This document shows, piece by piece, positions 24,599 through 36,100 of a stretch of DNA of 64,000 nt. The stretch's first letter is position 1; each line of letters begins with the position of its first letter. Made by a program: the position numbers and the translations under genes. The notes under the pieces are model-generated. The model saw only the letters and a program-made list of their open reading frames with translations. It made no database searches and was not told where the DNA came from. Source of the stretch: Nemertoderma westbladi (taxonomy: Eukaryota; Animalia; Xenacoelomorpha); contig JAUCBJ010008260.1 of assembly GCA_032718475.1 (NCBI GenBank), positions 1-64,000 on the forward strand, read 5' to 3'.

Positions 24599-27500
24599 TT
24601 ATGATTCGGCAGTGACTACGGGGGGCAGTCTTCCACCACTGCCCGGTCTGAGTTTCATCGCGGTTCGAACTTCGTGAAGGTCCGACTGGAGACGACGGAT
24701 CTCCGCGTGTTGCAACTCGATTACCCGTTGGTGTGAGTCATCGCTCTGTCGGTTCCGCGAATCGGGTCTCGTTTCCTCGGCAACCAATGCGTCTCCCCCC
24801 TTATTGGACAACCCCATCTGAGCCTCCAAGTCGTTGACCCGGCTGCGAGCGAGCTTGAGTTCCGTTCGAAGGTCGTTAATCTCCTTTATCAGCGTCACAT
24901 TGTCCTGCATTATCCTAACCTTATCGGCTTTCTGTAGACTAGTATCCTTATTCAACTTCTTTCTAAGTGACGCTATATTTCTCTCTAGATGTTCACGTTG
25001 TCTCGCATACTCTTTCTGAATGTCCGCGTCGATATTGGCACTATCTAGCGTTTCACCGCTCGCGTACTTATGATACACGGCTTTGATGTGATCTTTGAGC
25101 AACTTAGGATCTTGAATGAACCCCACGGTGTTGTGGAGGTCTGTTTGGATTTGACGTATGTGGGATTCTAGATCCCGAACCACCTGTCCTTCTGAGAACA
25201 TTTCTTTTTCGGTCGCTTTTAGTTTCTGGAATAATTCCTTGTTGTTTAGCTTTAATGAAGTGTTCTCTTTGCTCGATCTATCCAACTCGTTCTCCATCTC
25301 TTGTATCTGCTCTTTCTTGGCTTTGATATCATTCTCGCGAGGTTCAATTTGTTTCTTGAGCTCTTTAATTTTATAATCCAAAACGAATTTGAACTTTTCT
25401 AATTCTTGATTCTTCTTTTTGAGATCATATATTCTCTTTTCTTTGTCCTGAATTGTTTCATCCCTCTCTTGTATTTCCTTTTTAAGACTAACAATGTCAC
25501 GTTCCAGTGATTTAATGATGTTGTTGAGTTTGTTAACTTCCCCGTTTAGCCGAGATATTTCCAACTTGTGGTCATCGATTTCTTTCTGCAAACTGCTGAA
25601 TTTTTTCTTCATTATTCCCGTTTCTCCTTTCAACCTCAAGTTCGACTCCTTCTCATCTCGAAGACGTTTCTCATAAGTAGATTTTATATCGAGAATCTCC
25701 TTATCTGCATCTTCCTCTATTTGCTTCTTGGTCTCCTCATTCTCTCTCATCTGTTGTCTTGCTTCGTCACCCGCTACCTCCAGCTGAGTAATCTTCTCTT
25801 GAAGTTTCGTCTCGTAGTATTCCGTTAATTCTTCCAATGCATCTTCCTTACTTTCCTCCATTTCCGCCAATTGTTTCTCATAATCTTCTTGCATCTTTTG
25901 ACTCTTGACTTGTAACTCTTGGTACTTTTCGTACTCAAGCATTAACTTCTGGTTATTTGTCGATTCAAGATCCTGAAGCTCCTTGCCATGTTTCTCTAAA
26001 GTCTCAGCTATTTCCTCGTCGTGTTTTGCTTCACCACGATCTTTCTCAGTTTTTAAAACCTGATTTTTTGTCTTCAACGATTCCATCTCCAAGATAAACT
26101 TCTCTGTAAGCTCCTTAATCTTCTCATTGTAGTTCATGTCTTTTAGCCTCAATTGATATTCGTTCTCCATCTTTAATTCATCGCATCTCGTCTTCAACTC
26201 ACTCATATTCGTATTTTTCTCTTCCAGATCGGTTTTTGTAATAAGAATCTCCTCAGCAAATGTGATTTCCTTATCCCTCTTCATGCTTCTGCCTTCTTTA
26301 TCAGAGAGTTTCCATACGACGAGGCAACCATCCTCTCCGACCGTCACCATAAACTGATCGTCGTGCGTGATGGACATTCTAGCGATGCTCCCTGCGTGCG
26401 CTTGGTAATCCGTCCATTCTCCGGGCGAGGTGAGCGGGAATTTCACGCAGCGTAACGCGCCATTAACGCTACCCGCGAATAGAAGACGCCCGGAGTTGGT
26501 CAAGGCGATCTGAGTGAGTGTGGCTCCTCCCGCGTCCATCTCTCGAAGAACGCTGGAATCCGAAATCTCTTTGATATTTTTATCGGATCCGACGGCGAAC
26601 GTTGTCTTTCCATCAGGAGTGCAACATATTCCAGTGTAGCTGCAGGACTTAAGAACGCTTTCGCTGGTTCTCTTGCCGGTCGCGCTGTCCCATTCATAGA
26701 CAGCCCCATCCATTCCGCAGGAGATTATCTTGCTGTCGTCAACTGTCCATATAACGTTCTTCACTTTACCGTTATGGCCCTTCAGATTCAGGATGTTATC
26801 GAACGTGATCGAGGAATAAATCTGTATAACGTTGCCCTGGACAGCGGCGAACGCGTGACCCCCGTTGCTAAACGAGCATTCGCGACAACCGCGAATTGTA
26901 AACTCCTTGAACATTCGGATGTCGTCGATGAGGATATTCATGAGTCGGACTTTATCGGAGAAGCCGACAAGGACGTAGAGACCGGAGGGATGGAGTGCGA
27001 TGCTGTAGACTTCTTCCTGGAAGATCTTGTAAATCTCCAAAAGATTCGTCTCGAAGTTCCATATGCGTATTGATTTATCCAATGAGCAGGTCGCTATATA
27101 AGGTTTACGGTAACAGATGCTCATACCTGTGATTGCGCCGTAATGGAAACTCTGGGCCAACATGTCGAATTCGGCTACTTCCGATTCGGTGTGACGGCCG
27201 AGATCCGAGGTTATCAGGTTGTAGCTGAGCAACTGACTGGTATCTGTGCTCGCGACTATGGTCTCCTCCGCTGGACTCACTGAAAGGTGTCGCACTTCCG
27301 GTATGACGACCTTGGAAGGGTCTGCCGTCACTGATGTATCGACAGGGACCCGTATTTCTTTGGTTTTCTTGTAATCTCCTTCTTCTGTCCGCTCATAGAC
27401 GTGGACGCTCCCCAGGCCAGCGGCGCACACGAATCCCTTGGACATTCCCACTATGCAGTTGATTTGACAAATGTGCCGGTAGGAGGATGACGTCATTTCC

Positions 27501-27757
27501 GTTTCAACACCACTCTGAGACGCGATCTCTTTAATAGACACGTCCGTTTTGGGAGGCGTTACGTTAATGTCGTGACGCAATTCTCCGCTGTCGAAGATTA
27601 AAATGCGACCTTGATCCGTCCCGATTGCCATAGCAACGTCCGACAACCATGTGTGGTAGGTGAAGTTTTGTGACTCAAACTTTGGAAAGGAAGTTTGTTT
27701 GAATACGCCTTCGGTGTATCGGAACTGTCTAATGAGACCATTTCCAATAACGCAAAC
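24599..27757 (-). CDS. CFAP57: Cilia- and flagella-associated protein 57 (WDR65), exon 3 (terminal, 3159 nt)
   Basis: Acceptor ttttag|GTT (VCVIGNG..) in frame with the 1015-aa ORF; WD40 repeats, then coiled coil with EKRIYDLKKKNQELEKFKFVLDYKIKELKKQIEPRE. Confidence 0.95.
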   Translation of the reverse strand, partial: VCVIGNGLIRQFRYTEGVFKQTSFPKFESQNFTYHTWLSDVAMAIGTDQGRILIFDSGELRHDINVTPPKTDVSIKEIASQSGVETEMTSSSYRHICQINCIVGMSKGFVCAAGLGSVHVYERTEEGDYKKTKEIRVPVDTSVTADPSKVVIPEVRHLSVSPAEETIVASTDTSQLLSYNLITSDLGRHTESEVAEFDMLAQSFHYGAITGMSICYRKPYIATCSLDKSIRIWNFETNLLEIYKIFQEEVYSIALHPSGLYVLVGFSDKVRLMNILIDDIRMFKEFTIRGCRECSFSNGGHAFAAVQGNVIQIYSSITFDNILNLKGHNGKVKNVIWTVDDSKIISCGMDGAVYEWDSATGKRTSESVLKSCSYTGICCTPDGKTTFAVGSDKNIKEISDSSVLREMDAGGATLTQIALTNSGRLLFAGSVNGALRCVKFPLTSPGEWTDYQAHAGSIARMSITHDDQFMVTVGEDGCLVVWKLSDKEGRSMKRDKEITFAEEILITKTDLEEKNTNMSELKTRCDELKMENEYQLRLKDMNYNEKIKELTEKFILEMESLKTKNQVLKTEKDRGEAKHDEEIAETLEKHGKELQDLESTNNQKLMLEYEKYQELQVKSQKMQEDYEKQLAEMEESKEDALEELTEYYETKLQEKITQLEVAGDEARQQMRENEETKKQIEEDADKEILDIKSTYEKRLRDEKESNLRLKGETGIMKKKFSSLQKEIDDHKLEISRLNGEVNKLNNIIKSLERDIVSLKKEIQERDETIQDKEKRIYDLKKKNQELEKFKFVLDYKIKELKKQIEPRENDIKAKKEQIQEMENELDRSSKENTSLKLNNKELFQKLKATEKEMFSEGQVVRDLESHIRQIQTDLHNTVGFIQDPKLLKDHIKAVYHKYASGETLDSANIDADIQKEYARQREHLERNIASLRKKLNKDTSLQKADKVRIMQDNVTLIKEINDLRTELKLARSRVNDLEAQMGLSNKGGDALVAEETRPDSRNRQSDDSHQRVIELQHAEIRRLQSDLHEVRTAMKLRPGSGGRLPPVVTAES

Positions 27758-28170
27758 CTAAAAATATTAAAACAGAACAGCACTGTTACTACAAGGGTTA
27801 GGATTTGTTACTGAAATATTTTTTATTTAAATCAATTAAAAAAATACGTTCACTTTCCATTCATACCTGTTCGTTTATCAGTGACACTCAATGGTTCATT
27901 TTCTCGTATTATTCATGTGGTCATTATCATGTACCACTCACTCACTTACCTTTTCATAAACCAGTTATGGTACTCCTCCACACCTGTTCATTCTCACATG
28001 TTAATTTACCCTTGCAAGTGCAACCCTTGTGTACACCACAATTTTCCATTCACATGTTCATTCTAGCATATGCCACTTACTTCTCAATTACCCAGCGCAA
28101 CTAATGTGTTCAATTTAATGTGTTCATTCACTTAAATGTGTTCCCTTTCACATTATCACGCCTCACTCAC

Positions 28171-28468
28171 CTGCGTGTTATCCTGGGGATTAAACGAACA
28201 TTGATTTATAGGGCTTCCATTCTGATTGGTTGTTACAACTTTAGCCATTAGCTTGTTCTTCTCCCAGGCCCAATAATAAAGCATCCAATCAGGCCGCCCG
28301 CCCTGGGCTATGAGATACTTCGAATCGGGACTGAAACACAAACTAACGAACTCGCTAGCCGGAGTTTCGCCTTGGTTAAGGACTTTGCGTTTCCTTGCCG
28401 ACTGGGCCAGGAGATCGTGGATCGTGACGTTGGCTTTGTCGTGTCCCGTTTCCGCAATGGCAACGTAT
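28171..28468 (-). CDS. CFAP57: CFAP57 exon 2
   Basis: YVAIAE..FSPDSKYLIAQGGRPDWMLYYWAWEK..CSFNPQDNTQ; ctttccag| acceptor, |gtgagt donor; phases 2 and 0 fit the neighbours. Confidence 0.93.
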
Positions 28469-29328
28469 CTGGAAAGGGGGGGGGGGGGGGGATAAAGTTT
28501 CATTTATTATTTAGAACTTTAATCCTAGAACTATTTTATACGCGCATTAAATCGAAGCCTAGAGTATAGGAATAGACCCGGGAAGCTCCTGTGCGCATTT
28601 TCTAGTTCCGTTTCGTATAAATAGCTCGTATAACGAAAAGTAAAATCGAATCGCAAAACATTAAAAACAGTTTAAAAATCGTGGTATAACATGCTAGGCG
28701 AGTGTAGGGGATTTACGGTCTAATAGAACGGTAATACGATAATACTGCGCCAAGAAATATTAACAGCTTGCAGCGTTATGGATACGACATTTAGTTTCAC
28801 AAACGCACGAGTGCAATAATGTAATTGAGGGTCTTAATGCTGTAAAGAAACGAGGTTGTTTCAACTATAAGCATAAGTAAACCTAATCGATTTACATTAT
28901 AGTGTTTCCAACCAAAACATGAAACTCAAATAATTATGTAATTAATTGATAGAATGTATTTATTTATGAAAAATTTATAAAAACGTCCAGAGGTACTGTA
29001 ATAAGTATACAATAATGTTCTTTTCACAATGGGATTATTAATGTAATGTATTATAATCCATTGTGTAATGTATTTCTGTAAGGCATGGAGGGCGTCACAC
29101 TAACTCCCAAGGTTGAATACCGGCTCGCGAAGGATATAAGTGAGTGACATCTTCACCAATTAGCCACTTGGGCATTCGTTTAATTAATAATCATCTTTGT
29201 TAACTCATCGGCTTTGAGTCGAGATAGGAATTTCGTCAATGACCCCCGCCCCCCCTCTCATATCTCTAATTAAGACCTATTTCATATATTATTAACCTAA
29301 TTAAGGCGAGATAGACAGAAACACAAAC

Positions 29329-29528
29329 CTTCGATTTGGGCTGATAGCCATCGCTGTGATCCCTTCACTACAGTTGATAAACTTCTGGCCCTTCTGATCC
29401 ACATTGTAAGTGACCAGACAGCTCCCAGCTGGGTAGATTATAGTCTGCTCGTCTACATGGCTCACATTGTTAACCACCCCAGACTTAAATCCAAATATGT
29501 GCTTCACTTGCGACACTCCAATTGACAT
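29329..29528 (-). CDS. CFAP57: CFAP57 exon 1
   Basis: MSIGVSQVKHIFG..DEQTIIYPAG..AMAISPNRR; donor AG|gtttgt, phase 2. Confidence 0.92.
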
Positions 29529-30004
29529 GGCTGTTTTTTCTTATTGCAAACTATTTTTACTTCTGATTTACGTATGGACAACAATTGCAGAATGGGCAAC
29601 AAATATCGTTAACATCAACAGAGTTTCAGCGAATACGGTATCAAACAATGTTATCTTATTTACCACCTTTTATAAAAAACGGTTGCTAATAAAAATTACA
29701 CAAAATTCAGGTTCCATTAATTACTTATAAAGTTTAAGTATTTTTGTGTGCTTCAGTGGTCCACATAATGTTACAAATACAGCTAACGTATACCGGTACT
29801 GGTAGTGCAGTTTTCCAAGTTACCGGTACCTAAGCCAATCAACAAACACAGAATAAATATTACATTGTTTTATTCGTTGCCTGGTAACAATTCATATTTG
29901 GAAATATTGATTGTTCAACGCCACACTGCGGTTGGCATTGAAACTATATTAATTTGAATTCCAATTCAATGGTGTACTTAAATACAGTACACAAACATTT
30001 TAAA

Positions 30005-30090
30005 CAAAGATTTTTAAAAATCTTTGAAAAATGTTTGAGTATTTTTTTTTGTTAGTAAATACTAACAAAAAAAAATACTCAAACATTTTT
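30005..30090. repeat. Two abutting perfect palindromes (22 bp; and 31-bp arms with 2-nt loop)
   Basis: caaagatttttaaaaatctttg, then aaaaatgtttgagtat(T)gttagta-aa-tactaac(A)atactcaaacattttt. Confidence 0.9.
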
Positions 30091-30744
30091 ATTCATTGGT
30101 TAGCGCGACTAAGAGTAGAATTATTATAAAGTATTTTTAAGAAACGATTTTTATCGAATATAATATTATATTATTTTATCTAAAAACCTAAGAAAAACAC
30201 AACGGATGGGAACCCACACATTAACATCTGATAGGTCAACGTCATCATGTTGTCATAAAAATTGATTTCATTTAATGTGAAAAACATTTCTAACAAAAAT
30301 ATTAGAAATCTATATTTTTATCACTACAGTAGGCCTACTTAATCAATATTATTCTAATTATATTTCAGTTATTTTTCATTACCTAGTAGACGTTTTTGGA
30401 TATTACGTGGATTTCAAATAAAATACATAAGTGATCCGCGCTTAAAACTTACTCAAATAAAATTTTATTATAAATAATTGGTGTCGGAGTAACGGGTAAA
30501 AAACGTGTAATCATGAAATGTGAAAAAAATTACTTCTCCCACTAAATTTATAAAAACCACAGTTAAAGAAAGTAAATGGCCATTTAGCTTAACAATATAA
30601 TTATTTAATTTATTAGTTTTAATTAGTACCGGTAGGGCTACAGCTTTTCTTACACTTTCAAACCAAGGCGTAGATCTAAAATATAAAGTGGATAGGAGTA
30701 AAATGTGAAAGGGAAAGAATTAAGGTTAAACTCAAAATGTAGGA

Positions 30745-31230
30745 TTGTTAATTCTAAGTGGCGATAAAGTAGAACCAGCACTCTTATTTGGTAGTCCATG
30801 CTGGGCTCTAACTGCAGAGGATACCAAATCTATGGCACTTTCACAAGAATGCTGCGCCGGGTTCATTGTGTCAAGTACAATGAACACATCTCCAACCAGA
30901 CACTATATAACATTGGGGGTGTCTCATTGGTTCCCCCAAGCTTGACACTATAACAAAATCGCCTCCGCTTTGCAGGACATTGCTTTCGCCGTGAGGACCA
31001 GCCAGTGCATAATCTTGTGCTTTGGCGGCCTCATGGAGTGAATAAGCCTGGTGGACAGCCCATGACTTTCTTGAGACGCATCTTAAAGGACACTGGCCTT
31101 GAAGATGCGCATGATCTAGCAAATGCCATGGGTGATAGGCAGTTGTGGCGGCGCAATTTTATCGACAAGCCGGCATAGCATTCCCAATATATTATATAAT
31201 TCAGCTGCAATGCAGCATGCCGATCGTAGA
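30745..31230 (+). mobile_element. RTE-clade LINE 3' fragment
   Basis: VEPALLFGSPCWALT..TRMLRR..RLRFAGHCFRR..LVLW..KDTGL..LW, with frameshifts. Confidence 0.85.
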
Positions 31231-31642
31231 AGTAACTGTAACGCTGTAGGTAGTTGTAAAAGCAAAAACGTTACCTATTATTTTACTTTATTATTCATTA
31301 TTTTAGTTATTGGCAAAAATTGTACATTTTTATACAATTTTACAAATTTTAAGCTGCAGGGCATATAAATTCAGATATAGCAAATCCCGATATTTTTCCA
31401 TCGCGATCGGGATTTTTCACCAGGGTACCGTTGTAACCGTACTATACCAGTCTAATATTAGTTTTACTCATTTAACAAACAAGTATATACTTTTTTACAG
31501 CGAACAATACGGGATGGGTAGATTCGCACTACAATATTTAAATACGAATATTGTTGGTAACACAATTTTTCACTTTACCAATTAATTATATAACTTTACC
31601 AATTCTATGTCCTGTTCCAAATATAGATCTGGCGGAACACCG

Positions 31643-31772
31643 TACAGTGACAATGCAATGGGTGTGTGTTGTGTGTATGTGTACGTAGTGACAATGCAAT
31701 GGGTGTGTGTTGTGTGTATGTGTACGTACAGTGACAATGCAATGCAATGGGTGTGTGTTGTGTGTATGTGTA
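31643..31772. repeat. ~42-bp tandem repeat x3 (TG-rich)
   Basis: agtgacaatgcaatgggtgtgtgttgtgtgtatgtgta occurs three times. Confidence 0.9.
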
Positions 31773-31836
31773 AAGAGAGATGGTCCCCGTTGCAGTCAAG
31801 GCCAAAATAGAGAACATTTTATAGTTATTATAATTA

Positions 31837-32182
31837 TACTTTCTTACAATATAAATCTCATAGTGAATAAAGTAAATAATGTATATCTAATATTTATTTA
31901 GTGTGTGTTTTTGTGTTGTGTTAATAATGCAAGATTTGATAGACTTATGGCGGCAATTGCTTCACAACAAAGTTAATTATTCCAGAAGAATATATCCCAA
32001 ACCGAACAACTGCACGGTTTGGGATATATTCTTCTGGAATAATTAAATTTGTTGTGAATCAATTGCCGCCATAAGTCTATCTAATCTTGCATTATTAACA
32101 CAACACAAAAACACACACTAAATACATATTAGATATACATTATTTACTTTATTCACTATGAGATTTATATTGTAAGAAAGTA
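31837..32182. repeat. Near-perfect palindrome, 168-bp arms, 10-nt spacer, TA at both ends (foldback/MITE-like)
   Basis: Arms 31837-32004 and 32015-32182; 4 mismatches found by eye. Confidence 0.93.
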
Positions 32183-32538
32183 CACCATGAACCGTAATAT
32201 AGTGTCATTTTCTGATACAACGGACCCCCCCCCCCCAGATTTTTCTACAAATCTTGATACATATTTGGAATCCTTTCTAATGATATGATAAGGTTTCGAC
32301 TAATGTGAAGAATGGCCACGATACGAAGGGTGCGATTTCGCAGAAGACACTTTTTTAAAACGCCTATAAACAAAATTTAAAGGCAAAATCGAAAATTCCG
32401 GCTTCCTGGTAACAACCACGGTGAGTTGAACTAGTTCTGCTTCGAATTTCAAGCAATATGTTACAGATTTGTAGAAAAATCTGGGGGGGGGGGGGGTCGG
32501 TGTCATCAGAAACTGACACTATATAAAGGGTCATGGTG
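32183..32538. mobile_element. MITE with TA target duplication (Tc1/mariner-type)
   Basis: ta|caccatga...tcatggtg|ta; ~85-bp imperfect TIRs that include C and G runs. Confidence 0.8.
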
Positions 32539-33775
32539 TATATGTATAGTAACCAATGTACATTTAGTGCTGCATTAGTGACGTCACTAATGCAGTTTTC
32601 CGAAACGGCCTGATATTTCGATGTTGCTAGTTTTGCATTTTAAAATCGCTATAACTTAGCCAATATTTTTTTTGAAATAAAATTGCTCTCTGGGGTTTTT
32701 TCACACGATCTTTCACATGAAACCAACGAAAACTCGATCAAAATTTCCGAGTCGCCAACTCCATTAGTTAAAGTGTAATAAATGGGGGGGGGGGGGGGGG
32801 GGGGGGGGTTGTCGGCAAATATTTCGATAGAAATAATAATACTTACAGACATGGATACGATACGAAATCTGATTTATCAAAGGTATCGAATTTCGTATCG
32901 TATCATATAAATACTTTTAGTATCGTATAATACGAATATATAAATATTTTTCATATCGTATATTACTATTTTGTATTAATTTATCAATTTCAAGTTAGAG
33001 AACAAAATAAATAAAACATAGTTTTATTTTTGTATTAATAAGTTTGACTGTCGAACTACAACAGCCGGCAGTACAATAAATTGGCATAGTAACGGTAAGG
33101 CCAACTATGAGGCCCCGTTGCATAACGTCTTTATGGGTGTTGTAGCCAGTAGACACACTGGTATATAATATTACCGCATTATGGTTGCTTGGCAACGTCC
33201 AATCTTTAGTCTCCTATAATAAATTACTCATTAATTAGACCAACTACGGCATACAGGAGAAACACATTACATCGTAAAACAGTACCACATGTAAAGTGTC
33301 AGCATTCGGAATTAGGGCCCTCTGTTTTCTTATTGCACTCGCTACGCTCGCTCGTGAAATAAACTAACTCAGCGCGGACCCGTAGCGCTTCCAGGTGCTG
33401 CAAAACTCGCAATGCAACAACAAATAGTTATAATTTCACCAAAATTGACGGGATCTGCCCCAAAACTACTTATAATGAATTTAAAATAAACTAAGAAATT
33501 AAACAGCCTCACGCAATGCAATACTTATAATATTAAGGATTGTTTTGTTGGAAAATATTGTTATTATTAATTATAAATGCGCCGCTGCGAGATAATCTCC
33601 TTATAGATTCAAAGAGTTTCACAATATCATTGAATCGGCGAGATTTCGAAAAATGTAAACGTTTTAAGACGATGTGGATATTAACAGCGTCTTACATCTT
33701 AGGTCTTATAAGTCCTAAGTGGCGTCCCAGTCGGTTCGTAAGTCACATAAATAAATAAACCAATACAAAAAACGG

Positions 33776-34606
33776 CTACAGATCGGATCGAACCTTGAAA
33801 CCCGGGCCGCTAGGGGGCGTTGTTAGCGACGTGAGGCCCCCTGCCGGCTCGCACGCGAATCTACCGCTCCGGGGCCCCACCTTGGGGGTCCGTCCCGCGG
33901 CCAAGTCCTCTAGAATGTCGACGACATCCGATGGTTTAAGGTCCTCGTAGTAGTGGTCCCCGATCTGCATCATTGGGGCGTTGACGCAGGCCCCCAGACA
34001 CTCGGCCTCCGATAATGTAAACAACTTGTCGGTCGTAGTTTCCCCGACTTTTATTCCTAACTTAGTCTCAACCGCCTCGCGGATGCCATCCGAACCGCAC
34101 AACCAACACGGTGTTGTTGTACAAATTTGTATGTGGAATTTTCCCATCGGTTTTCTATTGAACATCGTGTAGAAGGTGGCCACTTCGTAAACCCGCATTT
34201 TCGGCATGTTAAGAACAGCGGCGACTTTATTCATTGCGGATATCGGCAACCATCCATGTTGCCGTTGGGCTAAATCGAGCAGCGGAATGACTGCTGCGTT
34301 GGTGTGTCCCTCCGGATAATTACCGATGATCGCTTTTATTCGGGTTTCGTTCTCGGTGGAGAACTCGAACGGAGTATCGGGGTTGTTGTCCGGGGTATCG
34401 GTGTGCGAAAATCCCCCACCAGAAGAGAACTTCCTCGGGAGGTGATTACATACGCCACCGGTACCGGTGCAGGTGGTACCGGTAGGTGGAGGGGAGAAAT
34501 AGGCGCAAATGTTGGCAGAACTTCCGCGAGAATTCAGGTTTCTTGTTAAGCCTATAGCATTACCGGTACCGAATCGATTTCTAAATAAAAGTCTCATTGA
34601 CGCCAT
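33776..34606 (-). CDS. NDUFV2: NADH dehydrogenase [ubiquinone] flavoprotein 2 (complex I 24 kDa subunit), mitochondrial
   Basis: [30 protein letters not shown], 2Fe-2S motifs CTTTPC and [22 protein letters not shown]; first ATG at 34606 (the ORF track uses an upstream TTG). Confidence 0.96.
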   Translation of the reverse strand: MASMRLLFRNRFGTGNAIGLTRNLNSRGSSANICAYFSPPPTGTTCTGTGGVCNHLPRKFSSGGGFSHTDTPDNNPDTPFEFSTENETRIKAIIGNYPEGHTNAAVIPLLDLAQRQHGWLPISAMNKVAAVLNMPKMRVYEVATFYTMFNRKPMGKFHIQICTTTPCWLCGSDGIREAVETKLGIKVGETTTDKLFTLSEAECLGACVNAPMMQIGDHYYEDLKPSDVVDILEDLAAGRTPKVGPRSGRFACEPAGGLTSLTTPPSGPGFKVRSDL

Positions 34607-34669
34607 TTCCAATGACAGAATGAGGGCGGACGGGAAAGTGTCGTTAGTTACGGTACGGTACCCTACAGA

Positions 34670-36100
34670 GTTCAGGAGTTCTAGTACTCAATTGTTACAA
34701 TGTCTAATGATTGGTGCAATATATTAGATAAACGACAGAGCATTAACACAATTTATATTGACTTCGCGAAAGCCTTCGATTCTGTTGTACATAAGAAATT
34801 ACTTGCCAAACTATCTGCCTATGGTATATCTGGAGATTTGCTACTACAGTACTATGGCTAACTGCATTTGTATCGGATTGTAGCCAACGTGTTGTGGTTG
34901 GGAATAGTTTTTCCGATGTATTTTATCTGGTACCCCTCAAGGTAGCGTGCTTGGTCCAATTTTGTTTGTCCTCTTTATAAATGGCCTACCGGATGTAATT
35001 AATGATATTGTATCTTGCAAATTGTTTGCCGACGATGTTAAGCTGTACGCACGTTCCTCAGATCGACTTTTACTCGCGGAATCGTTATCAGCTTTGGAAA
35101 AGTGGGCTGATGTATGGCAACTTAAAATTGCAGGTCAGAAATGTAGCGTGCTTTGCATCGGTTCGGCAGATAGCAACGATACACAGTACATGTTAGGCGG
35201 TAAATATTTAAAAGTGGTTATCGTTCATATGCGTACCTCTGGCAAAAGAAGCAGGTTACAGTGGTGGTGTTTTCTAACCAAAACAATAAACTAATCTCCA
35301 TTACTTAATTAACGGAAAGGAGCAGGTTACAGTGGTGCGCTTTTCTAACCAAAACAATAAACAATATCTCAATAACATAGGGTATTTCATACTTATAGTC
35401 TTATTTTTGCAATACGAAAATACCAGAGGTACGCATATGAACTATAACTTTAAAAGTTGATACTTCCTGTAGAGACCTTGGCATTACAGTGTGCAGTACT
35501 CAAAATTTTGACGTTTATTGTCGCGAACAAGCTGCCAAAGCATTAAAAATGACAAATTTGATTTTTAAATGTTTCCAAACAAACAATCGTACTGCCTTAA
35601 TTACTGCTTTTAAATCTTATGTACGTCCACTTTTAAAATATTGTACGCCCATATGGTCTCCATTTCATTTAGGTAGTATAGACTTACTTGAGAGGGTCCA
35701 GAGATATTTTTCACGTCGCCTTTTTAAACGTTGTGATTTGGATTGTACAGTAAGCTATCTAGATCGAATTAAACTTTTACATCTTCAACCACTGGAAGTG
35801 CGCCGTATTATTTTTGACCTAAAGATGACTTTCGCTATTTTTAACAATGAAGTCGACCTAAACTTCTCTGACTTTTTTGCCCTAGCTCCCAGGAGGAAAT
35901 GGTCGTAAGAGGAAATGGTCGTAAACTGTTTCATCATCAATCTCGCCTTCAAATTTGCAAAAATATTTTCTCCCACAGAGTGGTGCCCATTTCGCTTCCA
36001 GCTGAAGTTGTAACTTCAACTAAGAAATCATTATTTTCGCGCAAGATTAAAGAAATTGACCTTCTTTCTTTTTGTAATTTTAATCGCAATATGATAGAGT
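34670..36100 (+). mobile_element. 5'-truncated, decayed CR1/L2-group LINE (RT and C-terminus)
   Basis: YIDFAKAFDSVVHKKLL, PQGSVLGPILFVLFIN, LFADDVKLY, RDLGI, YVRPLLKYCTPIWSP, LERVQRYF. Confidence 0.9.
35216..35449. mobile_element. MITE with 8-bp TSD (ttaaaagt) and GG-starting TIR, Merlin-like
   Basis: TIRs ggttatcgttcatatgcgtacctctgg and ccagaggtacgcatatgaactataact; TSD at 35208-35215 and 35450-35457; removal restores the LINE frame (YLKVDTSCRDLGITV). Confidence 0.8.
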
